A stretch of DNA of 64,000 bases from Deltaproteobacteria bacterium (GTDB lineage: Bacteria > Myxococcota_A > UBA9160 > UBA6930): NCBI GenBank assembly GCA_028817435.1, contig JAPPPQ010000059.1, positions 6,315 to 70,314 of the forward strand, read 5' to 3'. Below, piece after piece: positions 27,087 to 37,121 of the stretch. The translations under genes and the position numbers were made by a program. Position 1 is the first letter of the stretch. Each line of letters begins with the position of its first letter. A model generated the notes under the pieces. It saw only the letters and a list, made by a program, of their open reading frames with translations, searched no databases and was not told the origin of the DNA.

Positions 27087-30000
27087 AGCGTCCCATCCAC
27101 TGGTTTGTGCACAACCCCGTGGCCGCAAACCTGTTGATGATGTTCTTTCTGGCCGGCGGCGTCATTGCAATCTACGGCATTTACCAGGAGGAGTTTCCCT
27201 CCATTCAGATTGATGTGGTGCAGGTTACGGTGGAATACCGCGGCGCTGCGCCGGAAGAAACCGAGCAGGGCGTTTGCATTCGCATCGAAGAGGCGGTGGA
27301 GGGCGCGCCCGGCGTGAACCGCATCCGCTCGGTTTCGGTGGAGGGCGCCTGCGTCGTCAGCATCGAAATCGCAACCGGCTTTGACCCGAATGTCGTGCAG
27401 GTGGAGATCAAGAATCGCGTGGACGGCCTTTCCACCCTGCCGGCGGAAAGCGAAAAACCCGTCGTCAAGGTTCTCACCGAAGTATCCGATGTGCTGCAGG
27501 TTGCCGTGGCCGGCGAGGTGGATGAGCGGACGCTGCGCGTGCTGGGCCAGCAGGTGCGCGACGGGATCGCCGCGCTGCCCGGCGTCTCCCAGGTGCAGCT
27601 TGAATTTTCGCGCCCCTATGAAATTTCGGTGGAGGTTTCGGAAGAAACGCTGCGCCGCCACGGCATTACCTTTGACGAAGTGGCCGAGGCCGTGCGCCGC
27701 CGCTCCTTCGATTTGCCGGGTGGCTCGGTGAAGACCCGCGCGGGCGAAATTTTGCTGCGCACCCAGGGCCAGGCATACACCGGCCGCGAATTCGAAGATC
27801 TGGTGGTGCTCTCCCGTTCCGACGGCACGCTGCTGCGCCTCGGCGACATGGCGGTGGTGCGCGACGGTTTTCAGGACAGCGAACTCTACGCCCTCCTCGA
27901 CGGCCGGCCGGCGGTCATGGTGACGGTGCTGCGCGTGGGCGAAGAAGACGCCATTGAAATTGCTGCCGCCGTCCGCGCTTACCTGGGCGAAAAAGAGCGC
28001 CAGCTTCCCGAGGGCGTCTTCTTCGCCACCTTCAACGACGAGGCCGCTGCGCTGCAGCTGCGGCTCTCCACGCTGGTGGGCAACGCGCAAAGCGGCATGC
28101 TGCTGGTGCTGATGGCCCTGGGCTTTTTGCTGCGCTTCCGGCTGGCCATGTGGGTGGCGGCAGGCGTGCCCATCGCCTTCATGGGCGCATTCATGATGTT
28201 CCCCGTCTTCGATCTGTCGCTCAGCACGCTCTCGGTCATGGCCTTTATTCTGGTCATTGGCATTGTGGTGGACGATGCCATCGTGATTGGCGAGAGCGTT
28301 TATACCCGGGAGCGCGCGGGCGAACCGCAAATTGAAGCAGCGGTGAGCGGCACCGTGGCGGTTTCGGTGCCGGTGATTTTCGGCGTGGCCACCACCATGG
28401 CGGCCTTTTTGCCGCTGATTCTGGTGCCCGGCAGCATCGGCAAGTTCTTTGCGGTGATTGGACTCACCGCGGTGCTGTGCCTGCTCTTTTCGCTGATCGA
28501 ATCGCAGCTCATTCTGCCCGCGCATCTGGCGCATCGCCGCACCTCCAGCAGCACGGGCACGCCGAACCGGCTGGTTGCATTTTGGCAGCGGCTGCAGGGA
28601 ACGCTGGGCGATGGCCTGGAGCGCATCGGCCAGGTGCAATACGGCGCGCTGGTGAAGCGCGCCGTCGAGTGGCGCTATGTGACGCTGGCTGTTGCGCTGG
28701 GATTGATCATGATCTCGGTGGCGCTCTTCGGCAGCGGGCGGCTGCGCTACCAGTTTTTTCCGCCGGTGGAAGGCGACACCATCTATGCCACCCTGACCAT
28801 GCCGCCCGGCGCGCCGCTGGCCGAAACCGAAGCGGGCGTGGCGCAGTTGCACGAAGCCGCCGAGCGCCTGCGCGTCGAGCTTGCGGAAATGCACGGCGGG
28901 CGGGATGTGGTGCTCTACACCCTCGTCACCGTGGGCGGCGCGCAAAAGCGCGACGGCCCGCAGTTGCCGGGCGAGGCGGGCAGCTCCGACATTGCGGAGG
29001 CTTCGCTTTACCTGCTGCCCGACAAAGAGCGCGATGTGGAATCGGCTTGGGTGGTGAGTCGCTGGCGCGAGCTCACCGGACCGATTCCCGGCGCGCAGCA
29101 GATCAACTTCACCGCCGACGCCTTCGGCGCGGGCAAGGCCATAGATGTGGAGCTGCGCGGCAACTCCATCCAGGCGCTGGAAGCTGCGTCGGCGGAGCTG
29201 AGAGAAATTCTGGGCGGCTACGCGGGAGTCAGCGACATCAGCGACAGCTTCCGCAGCGGCAAGCGCGAAATCAAGCTGAGCCTGCGGCCCGAGGCGCGGC
29301 CGCTCGGCATTACGCTGCGCGATTTGGCGCAGCAGGTGCGGCAGGCATTCTATGGCGAGGAAATTCAGCGCGTGCAGCGCGGCCCCGACGACATTCGCGT
29401 CATGCTGCGCTACCCCGAAGGCGAGCGCCGCACGCTCGGCTCGCTGGAAGATATGCGCATTCGCACCGCGGCCGGCGTGGATGCGCCCTTTGCGAGCATT
29501 GCCCACGCCGAGCACGGCCATGGCTATTCCTCCATCAACCGCACCAATCGCCTGCGCACCGCCAATGTCACCGCCGCGGTAGACCGCAGCATTGTCACGC
29601 CCGAGAGCGTGCTGGCCGATATTGAGCGCAAGATGCCAGCCGTGCTCGCCCAATATCCCGGCGTCACTTTCAGCTTTGAGGGCGAGCAGAGCCAAGAGGA
29701 TGAGGCCATTCTCGGCCTGATCAAGGGCGCTGCACTGGCGCTGCTGCTCATCTACGCGCTGCTCGCAATTCCGCTGCGCTCCTACCTGCAGCCCCTGATC
29801 ATCATGAGCGTGATTCCCTTCGGGCTGGTGGGCGCGCTCTTCGGCCACCTGATTTTGGGCTGGGATGTGGTGTTCTTTTCCATCCTCGGCATTGTGGCGC
29901 TCTCCGGCGTGGTGGTGAACGCCAGCCTGGTGCTGGTGCATTATGTAAACGCGCGCCGCGCCGAAGGCGCCTCTGTAATCCAGGCCGTGCACGATGCCGG

Positions 30001-30262
30001 CGGGGCGCGCTTCCGCCCCATTGTGTTGACCTCGGTCACCACCTTCATTGGCCTGGCGCCGCTGATGTTTCTGGAGAGCATTCAGACGCGCATGATGGTG
30101 CCCATGGCCATTTCGCTGGCCTTCGGCGTGCTGTTCTCCGCCGCCGTGACCCTGCTGCTCGTCCCGAGCCTCTATGTGGTGCTCGAGGATCTGCACGACC
30201 TCGCCGCCCGCCGCCGCCACGCCCCCGAGGAAACCGCCCCCCAAGCCGCCGCCGCCGGCTGA
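27083..30262 (+). CDS. RND efflux permease (AcrB/AcrD/AcrF family)
   Basis: WFVHNPVAANLLM, GIVVDDAIVIGE and RFRPIVLTSVTT motifs; ATGA coupling to the adaptor gene. Confidence 0.93.
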   Translation: MKRPIHWFVHNPVAANLLMMFFLAGGVIAIYGIYQEEFPSIQIDVVQVTVEYRGAAPEETEQGVCIRIEEAVEGAPGVNRIRSVSVEGACVVSIEIATGFDPNVVQVEIKNRVDGLSTLPAESEKPVVKVLTEVSDVLQVAVAGEVDERTLRVLGQQVRDGIAALPGVSQVQLEFSRPYEISVEVSEETLRRHGITFDEVAEAVRRRSFDLPGGSVKTRAGEILLRTQGQAYTGREFEDLVVLSRSDGTLLRLGDMAVVRDGFQDSELYALLDGRPAVMVTVLRVGEEDAIEIAAAVRAYLGEKERQLPEGVFFATFNDEAAALQLRLSTLVGNAQSGMLLVLMALGFLLRFRLAMWVAAGVPIAFMGAFMMFPVFDLSLSTLSVMAFILVIGIVVDDAIVIGESVYTRERAGEPQIEAAVSGTVAVSVPVIFGVATTMAAFLPLILVPGSIGKFFAVIGLTAVLCLLFSLIESQLILPAHLAHRRTSSSTGTPNRLVAFWQRLQGTLGDGLERIGQVQYGALVKRAVEWRYVTLAVALGLIMISVALFGSGRLRYQFFPPVEGDTIYATLTMPPGAPLAETEAGVAQLHEAAERLRVELAEMHGGRDVVLYTLVTVGGAQKRDGPQLPGEAGSSDIAEASLYLLPDKERDVESAWVVSRWRELTGPIPGAQQINFTADAFGAGKAIDVELRGNSIQALEAASAELREILGGYAGVSDISDSFRSGKREIKLSLRPEARPLGITLRDLAQQVRQAFYGEEIQRVQRGPDDIRVMLRYPEGERRTLGSLEDMRIRTAAGVDAPFASIAHAEHGHGYSSINRTNRLRTANVTAAVDRSIVTPESVLADIERKMPAVLAQYPGVTFSFEGEQSQEDEAILGLIKGAALALLLIYALLAIPLRSYLQPLIIMSVIPFGLVGALFGHLILGWDVVFFSILGIVALSGVVVNASLVLVHYVNARRAEGASVIQAVHDAGGARFRPIVLTSVTTFIGLAPLMFLESIQTRMMVPMAISLAFGVLFSAAVTLLLVPSLYVVLEDLHDLAARRRHAPEETAPQAAAAG

Positions 30263-31290
30263 TGAAGCCGCTCCGCATCATTCAGTGGTTCACGGGCGAA
30301 ATCGCGCGCCACCAGATCCGCGTTCTGGCGGCCTGCCCGTCCATGGAACTCGTGGGCGCATTCGTCCACCACGCGGAGAAAGACGGCCTGGACGCCGGAG
30401 AGATCGCCGGCATTGCACCGCTCGGCGTGCGCGCCACCCGCGCCCCCGAAGCGCTTCTCGCCCTCGACGCAGATTGCGTCCTCTACAACCCGCCCGCCGA
30501 GCGCTACGACGAGATCATTCCCATCCTCGCAAGCGGCAAGAATGTCGTCAGCATCATGGCCGGCTGGAATCCCAAAAAGCACCCCCGCTTCCCCGAGATT
30601 CTGGCCGCCTGCGAAAAGGGCCAGTCCTCCCTCTTCGGCACCGGACTCAACCCCGGCCTGAGCTACGAAATGGCGCTGCTCGCCTCGTCCATCTGCACCG
30701 ATATCGAGTCCATCTACATCAAAACCTGCGAGCCGCAGGCATCGCTGAGCGAGGTTTTCCTGCAACTCTTCGGCTTCGGCAAAACCGAAGCCGAGCTCGC
30801 CTCTGGCCCTCGGGGCGCGCATTCCATTTTCGCCGCCACCCTGCATCAAATCACCGACCTGCTCGCCGAATCCCTCGACCTGCCCCACGACGACACAGAC
30901 TTCGGCTACGAGTTCGAGCCCGCCACCCGGGACTACGAAGGAAAAATCACCGTCCGCAAAGGCACCATGGCCGGCCTGCTGCTGAAAGCCTCCACCACGC
31001 ACCGCGCCCGCCCCGTGGTCACCATCGAACTCCGCTTCCTGCTCGGCCCCGAGTTCGTGCGCGAATCCTGGCTCGCCGACGGCCCCTCCCATGGCTGGAT
31101 TGACATCAATGTCCGCGGCACCCCCGGCAGCCGCATCACCCACGAAATCTATATGCCCGAAGACATCATCGGCACCTGGTCCACCGGCACCAAAGCCATC
31201 AACACCATCCCCTTCGTCTGCCAATCCCCTCCCGGCCTGCTCTCCCCCCTGAACCTCCCCCTAGGCCGAATGCTCAAACTCACCCCATGA
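30262..31290 (+). CDS. Dihydrodipicolinate reductase-like / NAD(P)H-dependent amine dehydrogenase family oxidoreductase
   Basis: RIIQWFTGEI, KDGLDAGEIAG, ILASGKNVVS, GTGLNPG and NTIPFVC..PPG. Confidence 0.75.
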   Translation: MKPLRIIQWFTGEIARHQIRVLAACPSMELVGAFVHHAEKDGLDAGEIAGIAPLGVRATRAPEALLALDADCVLYNPPAERYDEIIPILASGKNVVSIMAGWNPKKHPRFPEILAACEKGQSSLFGTGLNPGLSYEMALLASSICTDIESIYIKTCEPQASLSEVFLQLFGFGKTEAELASGPRGAHSIFAATLHQITDLLAESLDLPHDDTDFGYEFEPATRDYEGKITVRKGTMAGLLLKASTTHRARPVVTIELRFLLGPEFVRESWLADGPSHGWIDINVRGTPGSRITHEIYMPEDIIGTWSTGTKAINTIPFVCQSPPGLLSPLNLPLGRMLKLTP

Positions 31291-31331
31291 GCGATTTCAT
31301 TATTCATTGAACTTTGACACACGACGATACA

Positions 31332-34300
31332 TTAACAAAAGTGACGACCACACCGAAGGGGCTCCCACTGCGATACGTTAACTACGAAAGTCTGTGTAGC
31401 TTTTAGGCCTCCAGTGTCTGTTGCTGTTACTGTGATCCTAGCGCTGCCATTTCTCACCGCGCGGATGGTCACTGTGCTACCGGATGCGCTTGCTGTCGCA
31501 ATGTTGATAGTTGAGGACCGTGCTGAGTATGTGAGCGTATCGCCATCGGGATCCCTGAATTTCCCCGAAACATTGATTGAGAATGTTGAGATCAAATCAC
31601 GATAGATACGTTGGCTGCTGATGCTATTCACCGGAACCGGTGCGCGGTTGGGTGGCCTTACCGTGAAGGTCTGTGTGGCGGTCAAGCCACTGGGATCTCG
31701 GGCCGTTACAGTCACCGTGCCGCTAAACCGGTTCGACCTGGATATACTAACAGTGCTACCGGATACGGGCACATATTGTGCCGAAGTGAATGATCCTCCG
31801 GAGATTATTGCTGTGTAGGTAAGCGTATCGCCATCCGGATCGCTGAATTTGCGTGACACGTCCACCGACATATTGAATGAGGTCGATGGGCCGGAGCAGA
31901 CAACACTCCAATAACAGACGCGAGGAGTGCTAACGATAGTCAGTGTCTGTGTTTCGATTCTGCCCACTGGTTTCGGACGGCGGTTGGGGACCGTCACCGA
32001 GAACCTTTGTGCGGCTGTGCCTCCAAACGGGTCTCTCGCTGTTATCGTGACCGTTACCGTGCCTTGGGTCACCGGTGTAAGGATTACCAAATTGCCGGAT
32101 ATACGCGCGGTTGCAACGGCGTTGGAGGAAGATGTCGCTTGATAGGTGAGAGTGTGGCGGTCCGGGTCGCTGAATTTACCCGATACATTCACCGTATCTG
32201 CGCGGCCAATTGGCAGACTTTGGTTGCCGATGGTGCCGTTCTGGATCGGCGGGTGGTTGGGGACCGTCACCGAGAAGCTCTGTGCGGCGGTTCTGCCATA
32301 CGGGTCCCGCGCGGTTACCGTGATCGTCGTCGTTCCCTTGATGCCAGGCGTAATGGTCACCACGCTTCCGGACACACGCACGGTTGCGATGGCGGTGTTG
32401 GAAGATACCGGCGTGTAAGCGAGGGCCTGGCGGTCCGGATCTGTGAAGTAGCCCGCCACATTTATCTGCGTCGAAGCAGTTGCATGCAGCATCCGGCTGC
32501 CGATGGTGTTGTTTCGGGCCGGCGGGCGGTTGGGGACCGTTACCGAGAACCTTTGTATGGCGGTGCTGCCAAACGGGTCTCGCGCAGTTATTGTGATTGT
32601 CGCCGTTCCCTTGACGCCGGGCGTAATGATCACCGCGCTGCCGGACGGGCGCACGGTTGCAGCGGCGGTGTTGGAAGATACCGGCGTGTAAACGAGAGCG
32701 TGGCGGTCCGGATCTCTGAAGTAGCTCGCGAGATTTATCTGCCTCGAAGCAGTCCCAGTGAACCTTTGGAGAGGGATGGAGCTGTTTGGGACCGGCGGGC
32801 GGTTGGGGACCGTCACTGAGAATCTCTGTATGGCGGTGTTGCCAAACGGATCTCGCGCGGTTATTGTGATCGTTGCTGTTCCCTTGACGCCGGGCGTGAC
32901 GATCACCGCGCTGCCGGACGGGCGCACGGTTGCAACGGCGGTGTTGGAAGATACCGGTGTGTAAACGAGAGCGTGGCGATCCGGATCTCTGAAGTAGCCC
33001 GCGAGATTTATCTGCCTCGAAGCAGTCCCAGTGAGCGGCTGGGGAGGGATGGAGCCGTTCGGGACCGGCGGGCGGTTGGGGACCGTCACCGAGAATCTCT
33101 GTATGGCGGTTTCGCCAAGCGGATCTCGCGCTGTTACTGTGATCGTTGTTGTGCCGACGGCTACTGGCGTAACAGTCACTGTGCCGCCGGAAGAACGCGC
33201 GGTTGCTACGGCGGGGCGGGAGGATACCGGTGTGTAAGTGAGAGCGTGGCGATCCAAATCGCTGAATTTGCTCGATACATTCACCTGCAATGTCTGGCCA
33301 ATCCACAACCTCTGGTTGCCGATGCTACCGTTTGCGGTCGGCGCGCGGTTTGGCACTGTCACCGAAAACTCATGCGTGGCGGTTCCACCGCTGGAATCTT
33401 TGGCCTTTATGCTGAAAGTGGCCTCGCCCACGGCCACTATTGTAAAGGACACCGTGCTACCGGACACATTTGGCGTCGCCAAATTGGTGCCGGATACTGA
33501 CGCCTCGTAGGTAAGTGTGTCGCCATCCGGATCAATGAATTTGTTCTCTGCGCGTATAATTGCGACATCGCCAACCCACAGTATTTTATCCCGAATCTCG
33601 CCGATTGCGACTGGCGCGCGATTGGAGACTGATGCCGAGAAAATTTGCTTGGCGGACAGGCCGTCGGGATCGCTGGCTGTCACCGTGATTGTGACCGTGC
33701 CTCTTTTCACTGGCGTGAGAATCACCGCGCTGTTGAGCGTGGAGGCGACGACAATGGCAGTATTCGACGACGCCACTTCGTAGCTGAGTGTATCGCCATC
33801 AGGATCGCTGAATTTCCCCGATACATCCACCGCCCCGGCCGCGCTCCCTACCTCCAGCGGTTGGGGGGCAATGCTTCCCACCAATATAGGCTTGCGGTTT
33901 GGCTGTGAGATCACGGTCACAGAGAAAACCTGCTCAGCGGAAAGACCGTCCGGATCGGTCGCTGTCAATGTTATTGTGGTCGTGCCTGCGGCCACCGGCG
34001 CAACAGTCACCGTCCTGTCGGATATGCGCACGGTCACAATGGCGCTGCCGACCGTCTTCTCATAGGCGAGGGTATCGCCATCCGGATCGCTGAATTTCCC
34101 CGATATATCCGTGCTCCAGTCGGCATCTCCCAACATCAATGTTTGAGCGCCGATGTTGCCGTTCGCAACCGGCGCGCGGTTGGGCCTTCTCACAGTCACT
34201 GCAATTTCCTGCGTGGCGGATAGGCCGCCGAGGTCTTTGGCGCTTACGGTGATTGTAGTGGAGCCAACGGCTACCGGTGTGATGGTTACCGGGTTGCCGG

Positions 34301-35498
34301 ACGCGCTGGCGGTCGCGATAGTGATGTCGGACGATTCCGCCGTGTAGGTGAGGGTATGGCCATCCGCATCGCTGAATTTTCCAGACACATCCACGGTCTT
34401 GGGCTCGTCCCCCAGCGTCAGCGTTAGAGGGGGAATGTTGCTGACTGCGGTTGGCGCGTTGTTGGAGATCGTTACAGAGAATGTCTGCGCGGCTTTCAGG
34501 CCGCTGGGATCTTTGGCGGTTACGGTGATTGTAGTGGAGCCAACGGCCACTGGGGTGATGGTTACCGGGTTGCCGGACGCGCTGGCGGTTGCGATAGCGC
34601 TGTCGGAAGATTCCGCCGTGTAGCTGAGTGTGTCGCCATCTGCATCAACGAATTTCTCCGATACATCCAATTCCTTGGATGCGCTTCCCAGCGTCAGTGT
34701 TTGAGGTTCAATGTTGCCTTTGGGGAGCGGCGCGCGGTTGGAGCTGTTCACCGTCACCGAAATTTGTTGCGCGGCATTCAGGCCGCCGGGATCTGTGGCA
34801 GTTACCGTGACTGTGGTCGTGCCTGCGGCCACAGGCGTAATGGTCACCGTGCTGCCAGACGCGCTGGCGGTTGCGATAGCGATGGCGGACGATGCCGCCG
34901 AATAGCTGAGAGTATCGCCGTCCGGATCGGTGAACTTGCCCGATACATCCACACTCCATACCGCGCCGCGTTCCGTCAGCGGCGGGCCGCTGATGCTGCC
35001 TGCTGGTTGCGGCGCGCGGTTGACAATTGCCGTCACAGACAGCCGATAGCTTCCGGTGCTGTTTCGCTGTCCCATCGCAACCAGGAAGTAATCTCCGGCA
35101 CCGCTCGTGGGCACAGCATATTCCAAACGGGCGTTGTTCCCAGTTCCTCCACGGTTGACAAATCCGAGCCTTGTCGCGCTGAGGTTGCGGAAGACGAGCC
35201 GCGGGTCGCCAAGGGCGGTCGCCCCGTTCACTGCCTCGCTTTCCAAATCGAAGCGGTATTTCGTTGCGGATGCGAGGGTTACCCGGAACCAATCCTTGTC
35301 TCCGCTGGTCTCGATATTCCCGGTCGAGCTGCCCCCCACGACAACGGTTCGGGTGGTCCTCTTGTTATTGGGCTCGTCATCGGCGGCCGCTGCTCCCGAC
35401 GCCCCGCCAGCCCGCGGCACAATTGTCAGGCCGGTGCTGCTGCTGCCGTAGGCAGACAGCGAGACAATGACGAGGCACAGCAGCAAGAAGCGCGGCAT
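31332..35498 (-). CDS. Secreted adhesin-like protein: PPC-like domain plus 13 Ig/cadherin-like repeats
   Basis: Signal peptide; GNIETSGDKDWFRVTL...GDYFLVA (PPC-like); 13 ~91-aa units starting NRAP/NRPP with F.DPDG/R...Y and TA.DP.G; lower GC than flanks. Confidence 0.85.
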   Translation of the reverse strand: MPRFLLLCLVIVSLSAYGSSSTGLTIVPRAGGASGAAAADDEPNNKRTTRTVVVGGSSTGNIETSGDKDWFRVTLASATKYRFDLESEAVNGATALGDPRLVFRNLSATRLGFVNRGGTGNNARLEYAVPTSGAGDYFLVAMGQRNSTGSYRLSVTAIVNRAPQPAGSISGPPLTERGAVWSVDVSGKFTDPDGDTLSYSAASSAIAIATASASGSTVTITPVAAGTTTVTVTATDPGGLNAAQQISVTVNSSNRAPLPKGNIEPQTLTLGSASKELDVSEKFVDADGDTLSYTAESSDSAIATASASGNPVTITPVAVGSTTITVTAKDPSGLKAAQTFSVTISNNAPTAVSNIPPLTLTLGDEPKTVDVSGKFSDADGHTLTYTAESSDITIATASASGNPVTITPVAVGSTTITVSAKDLGGLSATQEIAVTVRRPNRAPVANGNIGAQTLMLGDADWSTDISGKFSDPDGDTLAYEKTVGSAIVTVRISDRTVTVAPVAAGTTTITLTATDPDGLSAEQVFSVTVISQPNRKPILVGSIAPQPLEVGSAAGAVDVSGKFSDPDGDTLSYEVASSNTAIVVASTLNSAVILTPVKRGTVTITVTASDPDGLSAKQIFSASVSNRAPVAIGEIRDKILWVGDVAIIRAENKFIDPDGDTLTYEASVSGTNLATPNVSGSTVSFTIVAVGEATFSIKAKDSSGGTATHEFSVTVPNRAPTANGSIGNQRLWIGQTLQVNVSSKFSDLDRHALTYTPVSSRPAVATARSSGGTVTVTPVAVGTTTITVTARDPLGETAIQRFSVTVPNRPPVPNGSIPPQPLTGTASRQINLAGYFRDPDRHALVYTPVSSNTAVATVRPSGSAVIVTPGVKGTATITITARDPFGNTAIQRFSVTVPNRPPVPNSSIPLQRFTGTASRQINLASYFRDPDRHALVYTPVSSNTAAATVRPSGSAVIITPGVKGTATITITARDPFGSTAIQRFSVTVPNRPPARNNTIGSRMLHATASTQINVAGYFTDPDRQALAYTPVSSNTAIATVRVSGSVVTITPGIKGTTTITVTARDPYGRTAAQSFSVTVPNHPPIQNGTIGNQSLPIGRADTVNVSGKFSDPDRHTLTYQATSSSNAVATARISGNLVILTPVTQGTVTVTITARDPFGGTAAQRFSVTVPNRRPKPVGRIETQTLTIVSTPRVCYWSVVCSGPSTSFNMSVDVSRKFSDPDGDTLTYTAIISGGSFTSAQYVPVSGSTVSISRSNRFSGTVTVTARDPSGLTATQTFTVRPPNRAPVPVNSISSQRIYRDLISTFSINVSGKFRDPDGDTLTYSARSSTINIATASASGSTVTIRAVRNGSARITVTATDTGGLKATQTFVVNVSQWEPLRCGRHFC
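31981..33345. repeat. 273-bp intragenic tandem repeat (five units, repeats 7-11 of the adhesin)
   Basis: GGTTGGGGACCGT recurs at ~31982, 32255, 32528, 32801 and 33074 (exact 273-bp period). Confidence 0.9.
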
Positions 35499-35509
35499 GC
35501 CAGCTTCTT

Positions 35510-36940
35510 TCAGTAGCCCGAAGCCAAATTGCGGTGGAGGGCGGGGGCGATGCTCACTCCCAGGCTGCGCGGCGTCTGCATATCGTCGTTCAGCAACAAT
35601 TGCGCACTCACCACCTCAAGGGTCTTTCCCCTGGGAATGCGCAGCAAAATCGGCGCGCCGTTGAAATCCTCCCCTTCCACCGCGGGATTCTCTCCGTCTC
35701 CGGGGCGAAGGCGAAGCTCGTAAAACAAATCACGCGCCGCAGGCCGCGCCAGCGAGACCTTCATCTCAATGGCGTTTCCGGATTCCGCGGTGGTCTGCAC
35801 AAACCGCACCACCACCTCTCCGTTCCCATCGGAATGGCGCGCATCTGCAATATCCCGCTGCGCAACCGCAATCTGGCCTTCCTGCTCCACCGGGCGCCAC
35901 AAATTGCCCGAGGCTGCCGCGCCGAAGTGTTGCGGCGCGCGCGCGCGCGAACCCTCGTAGCGCGCCACCTCCCGCACCGAGCGCGGCGAGTTGCGGCGGT
36001 CGCCGAGCGGAATGCTGAGCTGAATGCCAGTAATCCAGCCCCGGTGCCCGCCCGCGTCTATTCCCGAGGCGCGCCAGCCCGTATGCAGCTCCACCCAGCG
36101 GTTGTATTGCCACGAAAGGCCCACCCGGCTCGCGCGCGAATACCCCGAGCCCCCGGGAATCCGCCAGCGGCTCACCGCGCCTTCCAGCTCGAAAGCGTGC
36201 GGCAGCTCAAAGCGCCCCGAAACTTCCATCCCTTCAAGGGCCTGTTCCTCGTATCCCAACCTGCTGCTCGCCACCCAGCCCGTTGCCGGCAGGTAGTAGT
36301 TGAACGCGGCGGTGGCCCGAGGCCCCGCCCAGTCCAGGCCCATCACGCTGCGGCTGTGGCCCCGCTCCAGGTTGTATTGCTGAAAGAACGAAAGGCCCAG
36401 CACGCCGCCGCGCCCCTGCCAAGCCGGCGTCCGGCCCACCAGGCCCAGGCGCAGGTCGTGGCGCCGCCTGCCTGCGTCGTCCAGCCAAATACTGGCGCCC
36501 TGCTGGACGAACCACGCCCGGCGCTCCCCGCCGCCCGCGCTGCCGCCCGCTTGAAAAGAAGCGCCGCTCCGCCCGCCTGCCAGCGGCATGACGAGATCAA
36601 CATCCCCCTGCAGCCCTTCGCCAAAGCGGAAGGAGAGATCGTCCGTAAGGCTGAAGTGCTCGCCCAGCAGCCGCTCTCCCGAGGCTTTGACGAGGCCCAG
36701 CACCATCGGCAGCGCGGCATTCGAGAGGCGCTGCAGGGCCGTGTCGGAGAGGCAGTCCCGCGTGCCCGCCGGGCGGCTTTGGACGCCCCCGCACTCCGAG
36801 GCCAGCTCTGCCACGAACCTGGGGACGGGGGAGGGGGCCGCCTTGTCCACTGCCCAAGCGCCGCCCGGTGCCCAGAGGGACAGGCAGAGCGCTGCGGCGG
36901 GAAGGCTGTTTGCGAGCTTCACGGCAGCATGAGACTTCAT
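35510..36940 (-). CDS. Inverse autotransporter (intimin/invasin-type) beta-barrel with a single Calx-beta-like C-terminal domain
   Basis: Signal peptide; GDVDLVMPL, WFVQQG, LGLVGR, HSRSVMGLDW, FNYYLP.TGW, EQALEGME, LWRPVE; C-terminal KVSLARP...AVEGEDF...IPRG...NDD. Confidence 0.72.
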   Translation of the reverse strand: MKSHAAVKLANSLPAAALCLSLWAPGGAWAVDKAAPSPVPRFVAELASECGGVQSRPAGTRDCLSDTALQRLSNAALPMVLGLVKASGERLLGEHFSLTDDLSFRFGEGLQGDVDLVMPLAGGRSGASFQAGGSAGGGERRAWFVQQGASIWLDDAGRRRHDLRLGLVGRTPAWQGRGGVLGLSFFQQYNLERGHSRSVMGLDWAGPRATAAFNYYLPATGWVASSRLGYEEQALEGMEVSGRFELPHAFELEGAVSRWRIPGGSGYSRASRVGLSWQYNRWVELHTGWRASGIDAGGHRGWITGIQLSIPLGDRRNSPRSVREVARYEGSRARAPQHFGAAASGNLWRPVEQEGQIAVAQRDIADARHSDGNGEVVVRFVQTTAESGNAIEMKVSLARPAARDLFYELRLRPGDGENPAVEGEDFNGAPILLRIPRGKTLEVVSAQLLLNDDMQTPRSLGVSIAPALHRNLASGY

Positions 36941-37077
36941 CTGGAAGCCCAATGTCAATACTTTTCGCAGAAATTTCGCCTTCCCCCAGGGGAAAGCGCG
37001 CAAAAGCCACCTGTGGGCCGTTTCGGGATTTTTTGGGCCGGGCGTTTTTTTGTTGACACGGGGCCTGCCCTCGTGGT

Positions 37078-37093
37078 ATTTGTCCGGACAAAT
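37078..37093. promoter_or_regulatory. Perfect 16-bp palindrome ATTTGTCCGGACAAAT, probable GntR/HutC operator
   Basis: Lies downstream of TTGACA (37053-37058) and upstream of the TBDR; second copy at 46956-46971. Confidence 0.7.
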
Positions 37094-37121
37094 TCACTTC
37101 TCGCACTGGGGAGGGAGACCC

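Noticed and set aside
31981-33345. Regular repeats as a possible CRISPR array or DGR template/variable repeat
   Set aside because: 273-bp in-frame coding units with no spacers, no cas or reverse transcriptase gene, and no adenine-specific mismatch pattern evident.
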